Source: a virus. Taken from it: a DNA stretch of 64,000 nt. Positions 58,886 to 64,000 of this stretch are shown piece by piece. The translations under genes and the position numbers were made by a program. The stretch is from IMG/VR virus record IMGVR_UViG_3300029305_003176; one strand, 5' to 3'. Below the pieces are notes generated by a model that was not told the DNA's origin, made no database searches, and saw only the letters and a program-made list of their open reading frames with translations. Each line of letters opens with the position of its first letter. Positions within the stretch are counted from its first letter, which is position 1.

Positions 58886-58896
58886 AAGGAGAAGAT

Positions 58897-59088
58897 ATGG
58901 GAAGTTTAGCAGATTTATGTGCAAGTGAAGTAATTACCCAAAAAATTGATAAAGCCTATGAAGAAGGATATAACAAGGCTATTGATGAAATGGTAGATGG
59001 CATAAGAGAGATATTAGAGTGCAATGCAATATACAACATTGATTGTATTTCAACATTAGCAGAGCAGATGAAAGGCGGTGCGGAATGA
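58897..59088 (+). CDS. Hypothetical protein
   Basis: GYNKAIDE motif. Confidence 0.6.
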   Translation: MGSLADLCASEVITQKIDKAYEEGYNKAIDEMVDGIREILECNAIYNIDCISTLAEQMKGGAE

Positions 59089-59369
59089 GTAAAGTTATAG
59101 CAATAATAGATAGACCTAAAAATTGTCAAGAGTGCGTGTTTGGGATTTGTAAATACTCATTGCCATTATCTACTCACAGAAAAGCATACTATTGTCAATT
59201 AAAAGAACCAAAAGGTAGAGTTGCAGAAGATTTTGATTATGACGAAGAAGTACATTTGAGTAATTGTCCTCTGAAAGAATTACCACAGAAACAAGAAGAT
59301 TTACCAACTAACATCTATCGTGAAGGTTGGAATGCCTGCATAGATAAGATTTTGAAAGGAAGTGATTAA
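59085..59369 (+). CDS. Small Cys-rich phage protein (paralog 2)
   Basis: IAIIDRPKNC...CPLKELP...GWNACID. Confidence 0.65.
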   Translation: MSKVIAIIDRPKNCQECVFGICKYSLPLSTHRKAYYCQLKEPKGRVAEDFDYDEEVHLSNCPLKELPQKQEDLPTNIYREGWNACIDKILKGSD

Positions 59370-59657
59370 ATGAGATTGATAGATGCAGATGCTTGGGTTA
59401 AGGAATTTGACGAAGTAATAACAAAAATAGAAGAATCAAATAATAAAGAACCTATTAGCAAAGAAGATTTTATTAAACTTCTCAAAATTATAAGAGGAGG
59501 TGTTGAAGAACAGCCAACAGCCTACAATGTGGATGCAGTAGTGAAAGAGTTGGAAGATATAAAAAATGCACCAAAGCGAGATTGTCCTTATAACACAGGA
59601 TGGAAGAGTAGTGTTGAATGTGCAATCGAGATAGTAATAAAGGGTGGTGTGGAATGA
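59370..59657 (+). CDS. Hypothetical phage protein (MRLIDAD family)
   Basis: MRLIDAD...QPTAYNVDAVV. Confidence 0.7.
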   Translation: MRLIDADAWVKEFDEVITKIEESNNKEPISKEDFIKLLKIIRGGVEEQPTAYNVDAVVKELEDIKNAPKRDCPYNTGWKSSVECAIEIVIKGGVE

Positions 59658-59968
59658 AACTAATAATTGACATACCGACAGAGTTTGAAACTGACTACAA
59701 CGGCGATAAATTCAAAGACTTCTTTTCAAGAGTTCAATGTGATATAGAAAATGGAACGTTATGTAGTAATTATGAGAAAGAAACCGCAGAAATGTTTTTG
59801 AAAGCATTTGATGAAAGCGTACCTATGGCTGATATCGTGGAGAAGTTGGAAGAAGAAAAAGGCAAAGTCGTTATTGATGGAAAAGAAATGTATCAAGAAA
59901 ATTATTTTATTGATATTGATGATGCCATCAACATAGTAAAGCAGGAGATTAACAATGGATTGGAGTGA
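59654..59968 (+). CDS. Hypothetical phage protein
   Basis: MKLIIDIP...DKFKDFFSRV. Confidence 0.65.
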   Translation: MKLIIDIPTEFETDYNGDKFKDFFSRVQCDIENGTLCSNYEKETAEMFLKAFDESVPMADIVEKLEEEKGKVVIDGKEMYQENYFIDIDDAINIVKQEINNGLE

Positions 59969-59972
59969 TACC

Positions 59973-60221
59973 GTGAGCAGATTAAGAGAATTAGTTAAAT
60001 GGTTTTATGAGAAGTTTCCGAGTGGTGGTTTTTTACACATTGTTTTAGATGATGGGAATTTTGAAACAAGACACATTGTATGGTGCTTATTACATTGGAA
60101 AGATAATTTATCCCAAGAAGAAATTGAATGGGTAGAAAATAACGAAAACGAAATAAGAGAAATGTGTACTTTACTTTTAGAACTTAAAGAAAAGGATAGG
60201 TACAAGATTTGGAAGGAGTGA
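59973..60221 (+). CDS. Hypothetical phage protein
   Basis: GGFLHIVLDDGN motif; GTG start after GGAGTG. Confidence 0.65.
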   Translation: MSRLRELVKWFYEKFPSGGFLHIVLDDGNFETRHIVWCLLHWKDNLSQEEIEWVENNENEIREMCTLLLELKEKDRYKIWKE

Positions 60222-60225
60222 TACC

Positions 60226-60384
60226 GTGTTTTTATTGTTGGCATTAGTATTTATGGTTTTAAGTTGGATTTTTGCGTTAAAATGCGACAAGTTTAATATC
60301 AAGAAAGACATTGTATGGTTTGTATTGGCAATCTTATTCGGATTTTTAGATGTTTTATTTTGTACATTACATTTTATTTTGTAA
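60226..60384 (+). CDS. Small two-TM membrane protein (52 aa, not in ORF track)
   Basis: GTG start after AGGAG; two hydrophobic helices. Confidence 0.55.
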   Translation: MFLLLALVFMVLSWIFALKCDKFNIKKDIVWFVLAILFGFLDVLFCTLHFIL

Positions 60385-60396
60385 AGGAGTGATACC

Positions 60397-60675
60397 GTGA
60401 AAGCGATTTTGGTTTTAGATGAAATGCCGAGTAGTTGTAAGGAATGTAACTTGCAACAATTTTATATATGCAAACCGGTAGGAAAATCCGTTGTAGGAAC
60501 ACCAACAGACTTGAAAAGTAAACCCGATTGGTGTCCGTTAAAGCCGATGCCGAAAGAGAAGGAACTTAAAAATATTAAGCGTGGATATAATACATATAGT
60601 AATACTGAATTTTGGGAAGCAGTAGGCTACAACGCTTGCATTGATGAAATTTTAGGAGGTTCGGAAAGTGAGTAA
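60397..60675 (+). CDS. Small Cys-rich phage protein (paralog 3)
   Basis: AILVLDEMPSSC...KPDWCPL...GYNACID. Confidence 0.65.
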   Translation: MKAILVLDEMPSSCKECNLQQFYICKPVGKSVVGTPTDLKSKPDWCPLKPMPKEKELKNIKRGYNTYSNTEFWEAVGYNACIDEILGGSESE

Positions 60676-60994
60676 ATTTGATTATAACCATTTCTATGGT
60701 GGATATGATTCTTTTGCAGTGTCAAAAGAGAAATTCACAAAAGAAGAAGCGATAGAAATTGCCAAGGTTGAAATGGAAACAGTTTATTTGAATAAACCTT
60801 ACTATCTTTGCATTAGTGACGGATTTGTAAGACACAGAGCAGGAATAAACGAAGATAACGAACCTTGCGTTGGTTGGTGGATTGAATATCAAGAACATAA
60901 AAGAAGTTGTCCTTGTTGGGTATTCCATTTATCAAAATTAGAGGATGAAGAAACATTCTTTGGAGATAAGTACGAAAGAATATTGATTGAATGA
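60668..60994 (+). CDS. Hypothetical phage protein
   Basis: Coupled ORF, 108 aa. Confidence 0.6.
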   Translation: MSKFDYNHFYGGYDSFAVSKEKFTKEEAIEIAKVEMETVYLNKPYYLCISDGFVRHRAGINEDNEPCVGWWIEYQEHKRSCPCWVFHLSKLEDEETFFGDKYERILIE

Positions 60995-61030
60995 TGATAA
61001 TTGATGAAATGTTAGGAGATAAGGAGTGAA

Positions 61031-61219
61031 TTGCAAATGAATGATTTCAATATAACAATTGGAGATGTAACTGCTAATACAAGTATGATCGAAGAAGATG
61101 TTATAAGAAGCAGACTTGGATTAGAACCTAAAAAACAAGAGTATCAACATCAAGAAAGTCCAAAAGAAGACTATTTTGAATGTAGAAACAGTTATCTTGA
61201 TGGAACATGGTGTTGCTAG
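61031..61219 (+). CDS. Hypothetical protein
   Basis: AGGAG RBS. Confidence 0.55.
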   Translation: MQMNDFNITIGDVTANTSMIEEDVIRSRLGLEPKKQEYQHQESPKEDYFECRNSYLDGTWCC

Positions 61220-61268
61220 AAGGTAACAACCAAACCCGCATTTTATTAAGAGAAAAGGAGAACAAACA

Positions 61269-61592
61269 ATGAAAAGATATTTGCTTAATGTAACATTTTA
61301 CGCAGGAAGTAATGATATAGAAGATACAGACCGAGATTTGTTTTTACTCTGTATTGATAAAGAAATTAGTGAAAAAGAAATGACTGAGATTTTTAGAACT
61401 GTCAATAAACTTCTTGACTATTTTGACGATGAAGAAAAAGATTTTCCTATTTCTTATGAGCAAGGATTAAATATCAATACTCTTATGGAAGGCATCGGAA
61501 TTTATACAAAGGGAGAAGTTAAAGAAGTGTATAGTAATTTTGGTCATTTGCAAGAGATTGACAATTATTATGTGATTGAACAGTGGCAGTAA
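61269..61592 (+). CDS. Hypothetical protein
   Basis: AGGAG RBS. Confidence 0.6.
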   Translation: MKRYLLNVTFYAGSNDIEDTDRDLFLLCIDKEISEKEMTEIFRTVNKLLDYFDDEEKDFPISYEQGLNINTLMEGIGIYTKGEVKEVYSNFGHLQEIDNYYVIEQWQ

Positions 61593-61605
61593 ATGGAGGT
61601 AAAAG

Positions 61606-61833
61606 ATGTATTTAATATATAAGAGAAAAGACGGTACGATTGAAGATTGTGTATACAGAGGAGGTTGCGGTGGAATTGAAGTTGCTACTGGAGGCGATTT
61701 CAGAAAAGGATATATTACATTTCCAAAAGAAAAGTTTGAAGAGTTGTTTATGTCTGGTGCAATTAAAGTGTTAAAACATAAACCAAAAGAGGATTTATGC
61801 GATTATTTGAAACACTTAAAAGCAAATGACTAG
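61606..61833 (+). CDS. Hypothetical protein
   Basis: GGAGG RBS. Confidence 0.6.
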   Translation: MYLIYKRKDGTIEDCVYRGGCGGIEVATGGDFRKGYITFPKEKFEELFMSGAIKVLKHKPKEDLCDYLKHLKAND

Positions 61834-61887
61834 TTCAATTACAAAAATAAATAAAATCCATGTTTGATTATGAAAGGAGCTTGAATT

Positions 61888-62292
61888 ATGGTAACACTAG
61901 AACAGTTGGTCAAAAAACAAAAATGGAATGAAATGAGTGATATTCAAATCATTAAAGAATTCTTCGACTTAAATAATTTAGAAGAAGAAGGAATGGATTT
62001 GATACACGAATTAACAAGAACTAAAATTGAAAAAATGAAACAAAAACATCGAACGTCGGAAGAATGGGTTTGTATGTTACCATCCAAATATCTGTATGAA
62101 AATTACGACTTAGATATTGCAGACAGACTTCATACTCTTGAACTTAATTATCTTGTAAATGGTGGAAAACTTTCTAAAGGTCATCTGAAATGGGCAACAG
62201 AAAACATTCCTAACATTGTAAGACCTCAAGCATATTTTAACCCACTTGTAGAATGGTTAGAAAATGAGGGAATTAGATTTAAAGCAAGATAA
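61888..62292 (+). CDS. Hypothetical protein
   Basis: Bounded by cassette motifs. Confidence 0.6.
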   Translation: MVTLEQLVKKQKWNEMSDIQIIKEFFDLNNLEEEGMDLIHELTRTKIEKMKQKHRTSEEWVCMLPSKYLYENYDLDIADRLHTLELNYLVNGGKLSKGHLKWATENIPNIVRPQAYFNPLVEWLENEGIRFKAR

Positions 62293-62324
62293 AATTCGTG
62301 TTTGATTAGGAGGTAAGCATAATT

Positions 62325-62786
62325 ATGAAATTAAAAGATTATGAAAAATTCGATGAATATGCAAGAGAGGTTATGAACTACTTTCGTGAGTTAAAAAAGG
62401 AAAGGGAATTAACCAGAGAAGAAGAACGGTTAATGCTTCATTCTTTAACAATGAGAACAATTGCTCATTCTGCTCAATCTAAACATATGGATAAGCAGGA
62501 AGCAGTAAGACAGAGCAACAGAGAAAAGCAAAGAGATGCATTATTTGCTAGTTCTAAAATTGTATATGAAGGGTTTGTTGATGATATCTATGAGCCAGTA
62601 TATGCTTCAGATTACAAGGAACTTCGCAAAAAAATGTCTAAATACGCAAATCTTTATCCGAAAGAAAAAGATATGGCAACTGTGAATACTTATGAGAATG
62701 GAGAACTAATTAAAAAGGAAATATGGGTCAGAGAAAACACATTATGTAATGAAATATGGTCTTTTGGGAAATGGGATATTTCTTAA
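62325..62786 (+). CDS. Hypothetical protein
   Basis: AGGAGG RBS. Confidence 0.6.
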   Translation: MKLKDYEKFDEYAREVMNYFRELKKERELTREEERLMLHSLTMRTIAHSAQSKHMDKQEAVRQSNREKQRDALFASSKIVYEGFVDDIYEPVYASDYKELRKKMSKYANLYPKEKDMATVNTYENGELIKKEIWVRENTLCNEIWSFGKWDIS

Positions 62787-62802
62787 TACAGGAGGTAATT
62801 AT

Positions 62803-63015
62803 ATGAAGATTGTTAAAGTTAAGGAATTTCGAAATGATATGTCTGCTTTACCGTGCCCGTTTTGTGGAGAAACAGAAGAAATTTACTTTGAAGAATATGA
62901 AACTAAAGTAGGCGAGAGGTGGCGTATTGTATGTGCTAAATGCATGGCTAATATTGATAGAGGATATGACCAAACACCGCATCCATTAGTGGAATTGTGG
63001 AACAAGAGAAAATAA
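62803..63015 (+). CDS. Lar-family restriction alleviation-like Zn-finger protein
   Basis: LPCPFCG...CAKC...WNKR; ATG 62803 after AGGAGG. Confidence 0.7.
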   Translation: MKIVKVKEFRNDMSALPCPFCGETEEIYFEEYETKVGERWRIVCAKCMANIDRGYDQTPHPLVELWNKRK

Positions 63016-63043
63016 AATTTGTATTTGATATGGAGGTAAAACA

Positions 63044-63280
63044 ATGGGTATTAAAAGAAAAATCGAATTAACTTTCTACAGTTTGTTTTCTATTGTAACT
63101 TTTCACAAATATTATATTTGTGAAGATTGTCACAAGATTCATAAGCGAACCGGAAATGAATTTGAAGTATGTGGTGGATGGTATAAACCACATGTATTTG
63201 TGTCATATAAATGTGCAAATGAAGTAATTAGTAACAGTAGAAAACTTTTACGTGACGCAGCATTAAAAAGATGGAAATAA
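63044..63280 (+). CDS. Hypothetical protein
   Basis: Bounded by cassette motifs; CEDC. Confidence 0.6.
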   Translation: MGIKRKIELTFYSLFSIVTFHKYYICEDCHKIHKRTGNEFEVCGGWYKPHVFVSYKCANEVISNSRKLLRDAALKRWK

Positions 63281-63308
63281 AAATTATATTTGATGGAGGC
63301 AAAATACA

Positions 63309-64000
63309 ATGTTAGAGATATATCTACAAGAAACTGATTATGAACATGGAAATGATTGTTTAATACAGAATTGTTATACAATTCTCAAATGTCATGATAA
63401 ATACATCACAATGAATATCAGAAGATATAAAGGCTGGTGCGACAATGGTATGCCGGTAGTAGTAACAAACAATACTACAACTAACGATCCAATTCTTAAT
63501 CAGATTATTGAGGATGGATATGTAAGAAATACAAAGCTACATAGAAGATGGGTTATGGCACAAATGTTCCACATGCTTGATTACGAAAGTTACAAGAAAG
63601 ACGGGCACGGTCGTTATAATAGAACAGAAACTGGTTATGACGCTTGCCTGAGAAATAATTACGGATATATGTATCAATTCGATATGATGCTTGAGGAAAT
63701 TCGTATTCTTAGCAAGTTAGAAGATAGAGATATGGAGAGTTTCAATGAGAGAAGCCATTTCTTTACAAAGAATGTTGTCGTTGATACTTGTACTGATTAT
63801 TTAAAGAATCTTCAAATATATGTTGATAGCCTTAAAGAATATAAGTGCAAGGGAGTTCCTTATAAGAAGGTAAAAGGAAAAAATATCTTTGTATCTGATT
63901 TATATAAGAAATTATATTATCCAATTAATATGTCAATTAATCGAATTGGAAGAACAAAGAACTATAAAGAATTATATAGAGAACTTAGAATTTTCAATCG
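63309..64000 (+). CDS. Conserved phage protein (partial, runs off window)
   Basis: ATG 63309 after GGAGG; DGYVRNTKLHRRWVMAQMF. Confidence 0.65.
   Translation, partial: MLEIYLQETDYEHGNDCLIQNCYTILKCHDKYITMNIRRYKGWCDNGMPVVVTNNTTTNDPILNQIIEDGYVRNTKLHRRWVMAQMFHMLDYESYKKDGHGRYNRTETGYDACLRNNYGYMYQFDMMLEEIRILSKLEDRDMESFNERSHFFTKNVVVDTCTDYLKNLQIYVDSLKEYKCKGVPYKKVKGKNIFVSDLYKKLYYPINMSINRIGRTKNYKELYRELRIFN

Larger units (their letters stand above)
61229..63294 (+). repeat. Cluster 2 of intergenic ATAAAA-N6-TTTGAT sites (5 copies including one variant)
   Basis: 61229 (variant), 61851, 62289, 63012, 63277. Confidence 0.85.

Noticed and set aside
1-64000. Stop-codon reassignment
   Set aside because: Genes are intact in the standard code; only one in-frame TAA and no suppressor tRNA

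Overview
This window is 64 kb of a large, low-GC, SPbeta-like tailed phage of a Firmicute (probably Lachnospiraceae/Clostridia; inferred from GGAGG ribosome-binding sites, sigmaA promoters and protein families). No host genes are visible. Left arm (1-45.2 kb, minus strand): gene order resembles the SPbeta yon/yom block. It runs helicase-like protein, accessory enzymes, YonO-like RNA polymerase, HU, tRNA/ncRNA cluster, PIN-PhoH, ClpP, phosphoesterase, GrcA, terminase, portal, fibre/decoration island, prohead protease, major capsid, neck and major tail. Right arm (46.1-64 kb, plus strand): many short early genes. Two group I introns can be mapped to the base. One is in the major capsid gene and carries two homing endonucleases; the other splits the catalytic NGSDQDSD motif of the RNA polymerase. 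There are seven homing endonucleases and six tRNAs in total. The most interesting unexplained signals are non-coding: (i) a covarying tandem pseudoknot repeat and an orphan abiF-like hairpin, which may be decoy RNA antitoxins; (ii) a ~650-nt structured RNA whose helices span an inserted HNH gene; (iii) an ATAAAA-N6-TTTGAT site punctuating promoterless early ORFs like integron-style cassettes; (iv) two further operator-like motif families; (v) a duplicated 71-nt leader in front of both free-standing GIY-YIG genes. All family assignments come from motif recognition by eye; no searches were run.
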